Assembly: GCF_006345805.1 (NCBI RefSeq)
Contig: NC_043008.1
Location: 56,606,001 to 56,670,000, forward strand
Reading direction: 5' to 3'
From: Octopus sinensis
Lineage: Eukaryota
DNA length: 64,000 nucleotides
The position numbers and the translations under genes are program-made. The notes beneath the pieces were generated by a model. It was not told the origin of the DNA. It did not search any database and was given only the letters and a program-made list of their open reading frames with translations. Positions within the stretch are counted from its first letter, which is position 1. Every line of letters starts with the position of its first letter. This document shows, piece after piece, positions 1 to 12,963 of this stretch.

Positions 1-904
1 TAAAAGAGTCAATGCTGATTTTAAAAGTATTTCAAAACGCTGCACTTGAAAACCCATTATAAATAAACAAGGAAAAAATATCAGAAATAAAAATTTTGAA
101 GAAAATCTGAATCGTGATATATTGTCTCTCACTATGAAATATTAATTTTAGTTTTCTAGTACTAAACTCATGTAGTTCTTATAAAGACAACAGAAACAAC
201 TAAATGCTGTTTAAAAATTTTTTGGTTTTGGCTTCGTATTCTATATTATTTTTACTTATTATTTAATGTTTATCCCGCATGGGAAGAAAGTGGTTGTCGA
301 AAATTAAAAACCGAAAGATAATCCCAAGAAATTAAAAATAATAAGCACGAAGGCATCTCATATCTCACGATATCCTACTCATAAACGGCAATCGAAGAAT
401 ATGGCATAAAAATTTGTTATATTCGCAATTGAAAATTAAAAAAAAAAATTCTAGCATGATTCAAGAGATATATAAATCCACATACGCACACAAATGCGTA
501 TTCATGTTTTATATATATATACATATGTATACTCATGTATACATAGATTCATACATAATACACGCATATATCTATACTCTCATATGCACACATATATGTA
601 TACTCACACGCACACACAAACACAAACGCACACACATGCATTTGTATATATATTTGGTGACATCACCGTTCCGATATATTTATTTATACATATACATGCA
701 AACACGCATGTTTATATGTGTGCATGGGTGTGTGTACACAAACATAAATACATGTCTGTATACATACATATACACATATACATATATATTCACATACACA
801 CTTACGCACACATTCACAGAGCATTCTCTTCCATTCTTAGTACCAATTCCCATTCTACAAGCCAGTTGTTATCTTACAATTTTTTCTTATCCGGTTTCAT
901 ATAC

Positions 905-918
905 ATACATAAAATAAT

Positions 919-1017
<99 letters not shown>

Positions 1018-1305
1018 GTATATATACATATTATATATATATATGTTATAATACATATATATATATGTATATATATATAATATATGTATATAGGAAACTT
1101 ACTTGGAAGAGGATGTGTGGCGTTTCATCATATAATAACAAAATAATAAATAAAACATATGCATATATATAGATGTATGTACGTACATATATGTATGTAT
1201 ATATGCATATGTTTTATTTATTATTTTGTTATATATGTATATTGATAGACAGATAGATTAGATAGATGGATGGATAGATAGAGATAGATAGAGAGACAGA
1301 TATAC

Positions 1306-1348
<43 letters not shown>

Positions 1349-1635
1349 AAGAAGGAGAGATAGATAGATAGATAGAAATACAAAATGCAGTGAACGAAAA
1401 GACAAAAATCATTTTCATTCGGTCGTTAACATGTGTGACAAAAAAACACTTTTTACGCCATTTATCGTTGTTTTTATTTTTATATGTATATCAAAGTTAT
1501 TCTCTTATTTATATTACCACAAAGTTTTAACATGATCGTCATCATCATCATCGTTATTATTGTTATTATTATTATATTATATTATTATTTATTATTATTA
1601 TTATTTTATTATTATTATTATTATTATCATTATTT
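905..1635. repeat. Microsatellite cluster (TA)n, (GATA)n, (ATT)n
   Basis: Read directly from the sequence. Confidence 0.97.
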
Positions 1636-1974
1636 TGTGCACGATATCGTTTTGTTGAATCTGACAATGATAGGAATTAATATCATCTTTATGGTTATTG
1701 CTATCGATTTGTTGTTGATATTAATGAGATATTTATATATTTAGAGTTGCTAATTCAGATGCTTTTAATGCCGAAGATGGTCGAAAATTTAGACAAAAAC
1801 AAGCAAACAAAAAACATCGCAAAAAAAAGAATACGTAAAAAAATAAAGGAAAAAAAAGGAAAATACAGGAAACAGAAAAAAAATTGTAATGTTCATAATG
1901 ATGAAGATATCGCTTGAAGGAAATGATGGAAAAAAAATAATATTAGTGATATAGATAATGATCGAGAGAGGATG

Positions 1975-2021
1975 ACGAAGATGATGATGTTGACGATGAT
2001 GATGACGACGACGACGACGAC

Positions 2022-2062
<41 letters not shown>

Positions 2063-2193
2063 CGCTACTGTTGATGATGATGCCTGTGGTGATAGATGTG
2101 GGGATAATAAAAATACTACTGCTGATGATGATGATGATGGTGATGATGACAGTGACGACGACGATGATGACGAGGCCATGATGATGTTGTTGT

Positions 2194-2229
<36 letters not shown>

Positions 2230-2357
2230 CGCTACTGTTGATGATGATGCTGTGGTGATAGATGTGGGGATAATAAAAAATACGACTGAGATGATGATGA
2301 TGTGATGATGACAGTGACGACGACGATGATGACGAGGCCATGATGATGATGTTGTTG

Positions 2358-2396
<39 letters not shown>

Positions 2397-2524
2397 CGCT
2401 ACTGTTGATGATGATGCCTGTGGTGATAGATGTGGGGATAATAAAAATACTACTGCTGATGATGATGATGGTGATGATGACAGTGACGACGACGATGATG
2501 ACGAGGCCATGATGATGTTGTTGT

Positions 2525-2557
<33 letters not shown>

Positions 2558-2990
2558 CGATGATGATGATGACGCTACTGTTGATGGTGCTGCCTGTGGT
2601 GATAGATGTGGTGATAATAATAATGCTGCTGATGATGATGACAATGACGACGACGGTGATGACGAAGCTATGATGATGTTGATGATCATGGTGATGATGA
2701 TGATGATGATGAGGATGATGATGATGATGTGACGATGCTGCTGCTACTACCATGTGGTGGTTGTGGTGGTGATGACAATGATGATGATGACAATGACGAC
2801 GATGGTGATGACGAAGCTATGATGATGTGGATGATCATGGTGATGATGATGATGATGATGATGAGGATGATGATGATGATGTGACGGTGATGCTGCTACT
2901 ACCATGTGGTGGTTGTGGTGGTGATGACAATGATGATGATGACAATGACGAAGACGACGACGGAGATGATGACGATGGTGAAGAAGATGA
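1975..2990 (+). repeat. (GAT)n-derived higher-order minisatellite
   Basis: The marker GACGCTACTG recurs at 2061, 2228, 2395 and 2571. A second unit with about a 149-bp period recurs at 2684 and 2833. Confidence 0.9.
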
Positions 2991-3336
2991 CGTCAGCAAA
3001 ACCGACGTCGACGACGTAATGGTGAAACAACACGTAAAGTTGCTGATCATGACAGGAGTGGTGATCCCGATGGTTGTCATTCGCTGCTAGATTTAGTTGG
3101 GAAAACGGCGGTAGCTATTGTTGTTTAGCAACCACCAGTCCCCTAATGAATGTTTTGGATGATTCTCCCGATCACAGGTCAACATTATCTGGAGAGAATG
3201 GCATCTATTGGAAACGAACCCGTAAATGATGGATCTTTGGCATGAATGATAATGTTCGAAGATTAGAGTTCGCCCACGGATTGGAAAGAGTGGTCCGATT
3301 GTGATATAGAAGGTGCTTGGAACTAAGATGGCGAAT

Positions 3337-3569
3337 GCGGGCGAGCTGGCAGAAACGTTAGCACACCGGGCGAAATGCTTACCGGTATTTCGTCTGCCAC
3401 TACGTTCTAAGTTCAAATTCCGCCGAGGTCGACTTTACCTTTCATCCTTTCGGGGTCGATAATTTAAGTACCAGTGACGCACTGGGGTCGATGTGGTCGA
3501 CTTAATCCGTTTGTCTGTACTTGTTTGTCCCCTCTATGTTTAGCCCCTTGTGGGTAGTAAAGAAATAGG
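3337..3569 (+). mobile_element. tRNA-headed SINE, family A (tail A1)
   Basis: GGCGAGCTGGCAGAAACG head, B-box-like GTTCAAATTCC, central GCCTTTCATCCTTTCGGGGTCGATAA-type domain and AAAGAAATA tail. Confidence 0.9.
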
Positions 3570-3861
3570 TATAGTGTACAGTTTATGTTGGTGAGTTTAA
3601 TGTTGGCTGTCTTTAGATGTCAACAGCAGTAATTTGATCTTGATATATCAGTTACGAAAATATATTCATCAATATTGTTATGCAAAATAATGTAACTTAC
3701 CCTATTTTCTACTTCATTCTGAAGCGTAAGTAAAAAAGCCTCCATCACTTTGTCATCTTAAGAGGCCTTCGAAACCTTAGTCATTTGTAAGTTCAATATT
3801 GGGATGACGGAGATCGTCAAGGATTTCTATTTCTTTAAATGCTTAAAGTATTTTGGAGAAT

Positions 3862-4040
3862 GAATATACTTAGGCGAATGCGTGGTTGTGCGGTGAGATG
3901 CTTGCTTCTCAATCACATCGTTTCGGGTTCAGACCTACCGTATAGCAACTTGAGCAAATGCCTTGTGTTAAAGCCATGGGTCGAACAACGCCTTCTAATT
4001 AGATTTAGTAGATGGAAACTGAAAGAGGTACATCGTATAT
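3862..4040 (+). mobile_element. SINE family B, degenerate 5' half
   Basis: Ends at GGAAACTGAAAG and runs into (TATC)n(CT)n(TA)n. Confidence 0.7.
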
Positions 4041-4111
4041 CTATATGTCTATCTATCAATCTATCTATCCATCTATCTATCTATCTATATCTCTCTGTCT
4101 CTCTCTCTCTG

Positions 4112-4171
<60 letters not shown>

Positions 4172-4589
4172 CCATTGTGCCTAAATTATGGATATACAAA
4201 TGCAATATCCCTGCATATCTCACATCTATTTTAATTTTTACACTTCACCCTCTACTTCATATGTTATCTAAATTAACTAATGTTTAACCATTTTCTCACA
4301 TTTTCTCCGATGAAGAGATATAATAAATATCCTGGAAACAGGTGTAAGACCTTCTATTTATAAATGTTCTAAACTCTTTACAGCCTTGGTTTTTTTATCT
4401 CATTCTGAAAACAAAATTATGTATATACATGAAATTATATGACCTACGTTGAACTCCTTATTCGCATAGTCACCGAACCTAGAGTTTAACTATGGTCTAT
4501 CCATAGCATATACTCAGCATTACATGACACCTTTGGGTCTTATTGACACCATTACCTCTCATAACCTATACATACATACATACATACAT

Positions 4590-4636
<47 letters not shown>

Positions 4637-4637
<1 letters not shown>

Positions 4638-4950
4638 AAGGCGAGTGGTTAAAGTGTCGAACTTACGACCGTGAGATTGTGAGTTCGAATCCCGGACCGG
4701 GCTGCGTATTGTGTTCTTGAACAAGACACTTTATTTCACGTTGCTCTAGTTTACTCAGCTGTAGAAAGGAGTTGCGACGTCACTGGTGCCAAGCTGTATC
4801 AGCCTCTGCCTTTCCCTTGGATAACATCGGTGGCGTGGAGAGAGGAGGCTGGTATGCATGGGCGACTGCTAGTCTTCCATAAATAACATTGCCCGGACTT
4901 CTGCCTCGGAGGGTAACTTTCTAGGTGCAATTTCATGGTCATTCATGACC
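4637..4950 (+). mobile_element. tRNA-head + CORE-like + tail X SINE
   Basis: B box GTTCGAATCC, then TTGTGTTCTTGAACAAGACACTTTATTTCACGTTGCTC. An inverted homolog lies at 5691-6002. Confidence 0.8.
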
Positions 4951-4966
4951 ATATGTATACATATAT

Positions 4967-5172
4967 ATGTGACCGAGTGTGTACCGTTGGCGATTTTTTC
5001 CCTCCGTCTTCCCTTCTTCGGATCTTTCCTTTTCCTGTGTTTCTGCCGAAGAGCTCCGCTCGAAACGTTAAACCCTCCTTCTTTTCTTCCTCTCTGAGCG
5101 TGCAATAATATATATTTGTTCCATGTCCTCGCGTGTTGTATTTTCTCTTGTGTTTTCATGTTTGGATAACTT
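4967..5172 (+). mobile_element. About 206-bp hammerhead-bearing repeat (family E, Penelope pLTR-like), copy 1
   Basis: Three similar copies (4967, 10526, 12567) share the 5' end ATGTGACCG and the 3' end GGATAACTT followed by (TA)n. Internal minimal hammerhead at 5039-5073. Confidence 0.8.
5039..5073 (+). ncRNA. Minimal type I hammerhead motif (core variant CUGCCGA)
   Basis: GTTT-CTGCCGA-A-GAGC-TCC-GCTC-GAAA-CG-TT-AAAC. Confidence 0.6.
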
Positions 5173-5180
5173 TATATATA

Positions 5181-5240
<60 letters not shown>

Positions 5241-5245
<5 letters not shown>

Positions 5246-5395
5246 TACATCAACCAGTTCAGGATACTATAACCCCCAGGAGCACTCTTAAACAAAAGTA
5301 CATTTCAACTGTATTTTTAGCGACGTGTTTGTAGAAATATAAATACGATATACTGCTCTGTTCGCGATCGAATAACAAATGACAATGACTAAGTT

Positions 5396-5456
<61 letters not shown>

Positions 5457-5648
5457 TATATATGAATACATGAACAAATTCAGGAGATTATAACCCCCAG
5501 AGGCAATCTTAAACAAAAGTACATTTCACCTATATTTTTAGCGACGTGTTTGTAGAATAATAAATACGATATATTGCTCTGTTGGGGATCGAATAAGAGA
5601 TGGCAATGACTAAGTTTATAATAAAATAATAATAATAATAATAATAAT
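5241..5648 (+). repeat. Diverged tandem duplication with a 221-bp period
   Basis: ATGAATACAT...GACTAAGTTTATAA(AAT)n begins at 5241 and 5462. Confidence 0.9.
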
Positions 5649-5690
5649 GAAAAATAATTTTTCTTACAACAACCTAGCTTGAAGACTAAA

Positions 5691-6002
5691 GACATCCTTC
5701 GGTCATAAATGACTATGTGATTGCACCTAGAACGTTCCCCTCCGAGACACAAGTTGTTTATGGAAAACCAGCTGTCAACCACGCATATCAGCCTCCCCTC
5801 TTTACGCCACTGATGCTGTCCAAGAGGGAGACAACGGCCGAAACAGCTTCGCTCCGGTGATATCGCAACTCATTTCTACAGTAGAGTAAACTGGAGCAAC
5901 CTGAAATACAGTGTCTTGAACACAACACACATCTTGGTCCGGGAATCTAACTCACTACCTCATGGTTGTGTGCCCGATGCTCTATTTACTGAGCCATGCG
6001 CT
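5691..6002 (-). mobile_element. tRNA-head + CORE-like + tail X SINE (inverted copy)
   Basis: The reverse complement aligns along its length with 4637-4950. Confidence 0.75.
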
Positions 6003-6145
6003 TTAACTAGCTTGAAGATAAGATTTCTGCTAACGGTAGTAGTGGTGGCTGTGGTGGCAATCCGTTTTGCAAAATTATGGGAATCCATGGTCTTATTTGT
6101 TTTTTCAAATTATATCTTTTGGTCGACAGTCCTGTCAAAAGCGAT

Positions 6146-6461
6146 TTTTATTTATTTATGCACCCTTTTCAAGCCTAGCCAGGCTCATGGGCCCGGTTTC
6201 CTGGTTTCTATGGCGTATGTGTTCCCCGCAACTGGACGGGACGCCAGTCCATCGCAGCGTAACTCAAGAAACGGGAAGAAAGAGTGAGAGAAAGTTAGGG
6301 CGACAGAGTACAACAGGGGTCGCCACCACTCCCTGCCGGAGCCTCGTGAAGCTTTAGGTGTTTTCGCTCAATAAACACACACAACGCCCGGTCTGGCAAT
6401 CGAAACGGTCATTCTCCGACCGTGAGTCCGCTGCCCTAACCACTGGGCCATTGCGCCTCCA
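6146..6461 (-). mobile_element. tRNA-head + middle Z + tail Y SINE with a 13-bp TSD
   Basis: TGTCAAAAGCGAT at 6133-6145 and TGTCAAAAGTGAT at 6462-6474. Confidence 0.9.
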
Positions 6462-6949
6462 TGTCAAAAGTGATAGTAATATTTTTTTTCTGGTAATCTA
6501 GCTCAATTTGAATTCAGAAAAGAAAGAATCAGAACAGACACTGAAAAGCTACGCGCCCAAAACGTTAACAACTCTGCCATTGCTCTACCTTCGACTGGTA
6601 CATTTTTGTTTGTTCCATTCCTGAAAGGCTGAAGGAAAAAATTCACCTTGGCAGTATTTAAAGCCAGCGCACAGAAAGTTCGAACATAATTGCAAGGCGG
6701 CAGCTTTATTATGTATTTAAGTGTTTGAAAATATAAAAATTGGTAAATTATTTTCTTCGCTAACAAATGAATTTAACATCAATTTTAAAAGGAATTTTAA
6801 CCGTCGTTGGGTTGTACTAATATCTTATCTGGAACATTATAAAGTGGCTGTTGTACATGAATTACCAGAAAAAAAAAAAAAACTCTCGGTGATACTTAAC
6901 AATAGAAGTCGTCAGAAATTCATTGTATCTTCCTTTATTCTTTTACTTG

Positions 6950-7146
6950 TTTCCATCATTTGGCTGCGGCTATGCTGGAGCACCGTCTTGAAGGGTCTTA
7001 GTCGAAAACTCGACCTCAGGTCTTTCTTTTTTTAAAAAGTTAGTTTTTATTCTATCGGTCTTTTTCCGAACCGCTACGTTACAGCGAAATAAACACACCA
7101 ATGCTGGTTGCCAAGCGGTAGTACAGAGTCAAACACAGACATAACG

Positions 7147-7203
<57 letters not shown>

Positions 7204-7598
7204 CGTATATATAGGACGGGCTTCTTTCCGTTTCCATCTACCAAATCCACCCATAAGGATTTAGTTATCCCGAGACTATAGTAGATGATACTTGCCCAAG
7301 CTGCCACACAGTGAGACTAAACCCGGAACCATGTGGTTGGGAAGCAAGCTTCTTACCACACAGCCACACTTGTTCGATTTGTTCGACTAAAACCCTTCAA
7401 GGCGGTGATCCATTATGGCTGCAGTCAAATGATTGAAACGAACAAGTCAGTAAACAAAGAAATATATAATATATATACGACGCGCTTCTTTCAGTTTCTA
7501 TCTACTCACAAGGCTTTGGACGCTACAAAACACACTTGCCCAAGGCGACACATGTGGTTGGGAAGCAGACGCCTTACCACATAGCCACGCCTGTGCCT
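6950..7598 (-). mobile_element. SINE family B (6950-7369) plus adjacent fragments
   Basis: Family B consensus with internal (CA)n(TA)n, a short plus-strand tail fragment at about 7375-7450 and a second 5' half at about 7470-7598. Confidence 0.82.
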
Positions 7599-8514
7599 AT
7601 ATCTATATGTTAATTTGGTAATCGACCATATCCCCTTAAATTTCTCGTGTGCATGAATCTGAAAATATGAATAAATAGCTGTCTTGTCCACAGGGAAATG
7701 TTTGAACAGCGATGTTTACGAAGGCCAGTTGTCTGTTATTTTGTAGGTATCTGGTAAAACAGAACGTTTGGTTATCAATCAGAGGGATGCTGCTCTGAGA
7801 GCCTCTATCGGCTTCATGATGCATTTGTTTCTAAATTTATTTCACATTATTTCCATCATTTCGAGCGCCAAACAGCTATTTTAGAATGTCCATGATGGCA
7901 TTTTCGATTCATAAATTCTAATTCATCAATGTTAAAGTGAAAACCAACGCCACTTTACACTAATGGATGATGGATAAACCTCATTGCTCACACACCGGAG
8001 ATATAATTAATCCAGTTCCCAATAAATTACGATTTAATCCCTACAAATAGACATCATCAGTTCTTAATAACAATAAACATACGCTCGCTCACCAAATACA
8101 GCTTTTATAGTATTTGGGCAAGTTTCAGATTGTCTTTATCGACCCAGGAAAGCAAGCCAACCTCGGCGGAAGTTAATTCTACGCCTACAAACTTACACGT
8201 CTTGCAGACTATGATATGTCATGCTCGAACATTTGTATATGCAGAATTACCGAATCGTTGAAAAGTTCACTTCGCAATGATGATGTGCCACTTTCGATTC
8301 TGCCGCGTGTCATCTTGAGAAAATATCATTTGCTATAGCAAATCAAATTAAACAAACAGAAAGTGTGTAGAATCCCACTGGTAAGATTGTACCTCGAATA
8401 AAATGAACCTCTCTGCTTCCGTCTGAGAATTACAATGAAGGTATATTTATCTGTGGAATATTCAGTCACTTAATCACTAGTTCAATGATTGTAGTGACTT
8501 AATCGAGCAAGTGG

Positions 8515-8910
8515 ACAAGTGTGGCTGTGTGGTAAGAAGCTTGCTTCCCAACCACATGGTTCCGAGTTCAATCCCACTGTGTGACACCTTGGGCAACTAT
8601 CTTCTACTATAACCCCAGGTTGACCAAATCCTTATGAATGGATTTGGTAAACGGAAACAGAAAGAAGCCCATCGTATATATACGTGTGTGTGTATCTATT
8701 TATGTGTCTTTATTTCCCGTTTGCCCCACATCAGCGTTTCATAACCGGTGTTTGTGTGTTTACGTGACAGTAACTTAGCGGTTTGGCAGAAGGATCGATA
8801 AAATAAGTGCAAGGTATAAAAAAGAAGCCCTGGGGTCGATTTGTTCGACTAAAACCCTTCAAGGCGGTGCTCCATTATGGCCACAATAGTCAAATGATTG
8901 AAATGAACAA
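8515..8910 (+). mobile_element. SINE family B
   Basis: GTGGCTGTGTGGTAAGAAGCTTGC...CTGGGGTCGATTTGTTCGACT...CAAATGATTGAAA. Confidence 0.85.
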
Positions 8911-10081
8911 TTCAGCAAACAAATATGATCGGAAATTCTGACCGAGATCCATATATGACTGACCAAATAAATAGCCAGGGTTTCTTTGTATAGTATTATG
9001 CAATAAGCTGTATTGTGCAAACCACACTTGGAGTTGCGTTTTACTGCAACTATCACTTGATTCAAATTAAGCATTTATAACCCAAGTTCAATTTGATTGG
9101 GTGCAGCAAAACATATTTCCAATCGGTCGATCTGCCATCTCAAATACGAGCAACAACAAATTAACAGGAAACTACAAAAGCAGAACGTAAAATGCGTACT
9201 TAATAACTTTATATAATTAAATGCAAAGAATTCTCTTTTGTTTTTTTTTCTCTTTTTATAAGAAAATTATTACTACTTATCTTCATATTCTTCAGAAATT
9301 CGAAAAATTAATATCTCTTTGCATGTGTCATTTTGTATATATGATTATTTGTGATGTTTACTTCTTTTTTGAAAATATTGTCGATAATTAGCGCCACATT
9401 CTTTAGAATTTAGAAAGTGGTAAGTAGAATTAATTATTTTTTTTATATGATTAATTTTATTTCTTTTTTAAATATTATTAGCCTTTGCCTCATTAGAATC
9501 AATTTATTTTTATAATTAATACAGAACAAAATTTACACTTTTAAAAACTGAACTTAACGACATCGTGACGCGTTACTTTTTACTCTATTGTATTCTTTTA
9601 ATTAATTAAGTTTATTATTAGACATTCATAAGTAAAAGTAAGTTATTCCGAGGTGTTTCTTTTAATTATTGTATCATTTTTAATTAATGTATCATTACAT
9701 ACATCGTCCACCCTTTTAATATTTCTTGCAGCAGAATGGTTTCTTTTTATTTCATCACTTACTACATCTAGTTTCTGCTTTTCATATGTATATATTTCTG
9801 ATAGTTCTTTTACATTTTCTAATATAAATATTACTGGTGTTTTTTTTCTTTTTCTCTGAATTTTTATCAATGTAGATCTTTGTATCTTTGCTTTGACTTT
9901 TTGTGCATATTCTTATACCAATCAAATTATCAGCCAACCAACCAACTTAGCAACCACATACCAACCAACCAACCAACCACATAAACACACACTCTCCACT
10001 CACACACTCATATACATTCATACTCAGACACACACGCTACATATAGCGTCTTCCATGCAATACGATAATATACACTGCAGA

Positions 10082-10331
10082 AAGGCGGCGAGCTGGTAAA
10101 AACGTAAGCACGCCGGGCGAAATGCTTAGCAGTATTTCGTCTGCCGTTTCGTGCTTGAGTTCAAATTCCGCTGAGGTCGACTTTGCCTTTCATCCTTTCG
10201 GGGTCAATAAATTAAGTACCAGTTACGCACTGGGGTCGATGTAATCGACTTAACCCGTTTGTCTGTCCTTGTTTGTCCTCTCTGTGTTTAGCCCTCTGTG
10301 GGTAGCAAAGAAATAGGTATTTCGTCTGTCT
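10082..10331 (+). mobile_element. SINE family A (tail A1)
   Basis: Same consensus as 3337-3569. The tail continues into a repeat of its internal GGTATTTCGTCTG. Confidence 0.9.
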
Positions 10332-10525
10332 TATGAGAAACAAGGAGAGAAAACAAATGTGTGTAGTGTCTACCGATCTCTCATGGCGACTCAACTATAT
10401 ATATATTTATATATATATAGTTGTTCCGTAGCGTCTTTAAAACTCACATGAACAATTTCATCCATTGCGCCCAGATATTCGAAGCTAGTTGCTCCTTTTA
10501 TATGCAGCAATAATATATATATTGT

Positions 10526-10732
10526 ATGTGACCGCGTGTGTACCGTTGGCGATTTTTTTTCCTCTGTCTTCCCTTCTCTGGATCTTTCCTTCTCCTATGT
10601 TTCCGACGAAGAGCTCCGCTCGAAACGTTAAACCCCCTTCTTTCTTTCTTTCCTGAGCGTCCAATAGTACTATATTTATTCCACGTCCTCGTGTTGTTGT
10701 GTTTTTTTGTGCTTTCTTGTTTGGATTAACTT
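10526..10732 (+). mobile_element. Family E hammerhead-bearing repeat, copy 2
   Basis: Homologous to 4967-5172 and followed by (TA)n. Hammerhead motif at 10599-10633. Confidence 0.8.
10599..10633 (+). ncRNA. Minimal type I hammerhead motif (core variant CCGACGA)
   Basis: GTTT-CCGACGA-A-GAGC-TCC-GCTC-GAAA-CG-TT-AAAC. Confidence 0.62.
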
Positions 10733-10787
<55 letters not shown>

Positions 10788-12566
10788 TATATATTATATA
10801 TATAATATATATATTATATATATATATATATTATTATTATTGTTCTTGTTGTGGCTGCTGCTGCATGTGAAGGAGCAAGTAGCACAATGGGTGAAGATGT
10901 TTATGTGAATTTTAAAGATGCCGCGGAACAACTAAATTTAAGAAGCAATGGAGAAAAATGGATTAGTTGCATTGTTGGACCTTTGTTTACTCTTATTTTC
11001 TTTAGATAATCGACAGCAGCTGGTGTAAGTCACAGCAAGATAAAGAAGGAAAGCACATGTAAGATTACATGAGCCAATGAAATTCTTTGGAAATAGCAGA
11101 AAAGAAATGCTTGAAAGATATTGAAAATACGCTATTAATCTGTCTTGAAGTTTTCGATATTGGGAATCTCCGATCTTTTAATTGTTTTATATGATTTCAC
11201 ACAGGAGGAAGAACTACACAAACCAGATGGAGATGAAAGAAGAGTGGAGGGTTTTAATGTCAGATGTTGAGTGGTAATTGAATTCTTTATCAATGAAGTA
11301 ACTGATAAGAAGGGTGATTAATGGATAGTTATTTATTCTTATCTATTGATAAACCAGGAGTATCAGCTAAATCATATCACACTGGCCAAGAATTATATTC
11401 TATGTTGCTTCTTAAAAGTTAAAATTGGCGATAGAACTCTACAAAGCGGTGTAACGATGCATGCAAGTAGTATTAAAGTTCCTTATGATGTAAGTGTCGA
11501 AAGAAATGTAACAAGCGAAAATATACTTTCAGAGGAAACGCTTGGCGTTTTAAATAAATAAGAAATACATAAAGATTCAGTGAAATTTAACTTAAAACAC
11601 GGAGCATAATTACACCAATACTCAAACATTAATTATCAAACTGTATTCTTGGTGACGTTATAATGTAAAATCACGAATGAGACGAGCAAGCAATAAAATA
11701 ATTCTCTATTCATTTTTGATTGAATAAATTTGTCAAAGATGGTTCTTCATCAATCAAATATTAAAAAATGTTCCATGACAACTTTTAGATATTCGAAACG
11801 TAGAATAAGACGTTTAAATGGAACCTACATAAGCTTTATAGCTACGACTGCTTATTCACAGAAATGAAAGCCATTAACAAATTATTCATCTTGAGAATTT
11901 CATTTGATTCCGAGCGACACGACCTTACAACTTTTACAGGGAAAGAGGCAACATAGAGTTTTTCCTGCATCTACATGTGAATTTTGTTCTTGAATGCTGA
12001 AGTTAGATACTGAAGATTACAAACGTGAAAAACCATCCCAGTGAATTATTTGTCTTTACAATTTTGTTATAAGGCGAAATAACGTGATCTAGCAATTTCT
12101 GTAGATATAACATGCGGTTCTTGTCTGTCAGAGATATAAATACGAGTTCTTTATTGCACCACAAGTTCATATGATACACCCTCTCGAGGTAAGTAACGCA
12201 GTATTCTCAGCTCTAATATAAAATCCACGATTACGTTGGAGATAAAGATTGCTGATTGTATTTAAAATTGCATCTGTCGCTATTAATGTAATAGTAACTT
12301 TTGGTTTTATGATGAATGCCGACTCAAATAAACTTTAATTATAGCTCACTTCTTGATAGGTACTGCTCAAGTGCATGTACATATATATATGACCATAAAC
12401 GATATTAGCCTCAGCCATACATAGATTAACAGCCACAACCACACACACACACACACAGGTAGTATCATTACACACACACATACACACACACACAGACCTC
12501 CTTCTCTGGCACTCTCCTGTCTTTGAAAGAACTTTTTCTTCACCCATTCCCTTCCGGTCATTCAAT

Positions 12567-12771
12567 ATGTGACCGCGTGTGTATCGTTGGCGAATTTTTC
12601 CTCCGTCTTCCCTTCCTTGGATCTTTCCTTTTTCTATGTTTCTGACGAAGAGTTTCGCTCGAATCGTTAAATCCCCCTTCTTTCTTTCCTTTCCTTAGCG
12701 TCCAATAACATTATACTTGTTCCATGTCCTCGCGTTGTTGTGTTTTTTCTTTGTGTTTTCATGTTTGGATA

Positions 12772-12774
<3 letters not shown>
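12567..12774 (+). mobile_element. Family E hammerhead-bearing repeat, copy 3
   Basis: Homologous to 4967-5172 and followed by (TA)n. Hammerhead motif at 12638-12672. Confidence 0.8.
12638..12672 (+). ncRNA. Minimal type I hammerhead motif (GAAA mutated to GAAT)
   Basis: GTTT-CTGACGA-A-GAGT-TTC-GCTC-GAAT-CG-TT-AAAT. Confidence 0.6.
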
Positions 12775-12812
<38 letters not shown>

Positions 12813-12890
12813 TACCTAGTGGTCAGAATCTCTAAACTCATAGTTATTTCGATCTTGAAAGGATGGACTTGGTGCAAACATAACTGTATC

Positions 12891-12963
<73 letters not shown>

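Noticed and set aside
4637-4705. tRNA-like sequences at SINE 5' ends (also 6400-6461, 31462, 45211, 50868)
   Set aside because: They have A/B-box-like motifs but no complete cloverleaf, and they continue into SINE bodies. They are not tRNA genes.
9643-9870. ORF with NHSAARNI loosely like a mariner N-terminus
   Set aside because: The similarity is too short and there are no downstream transposase motifs.
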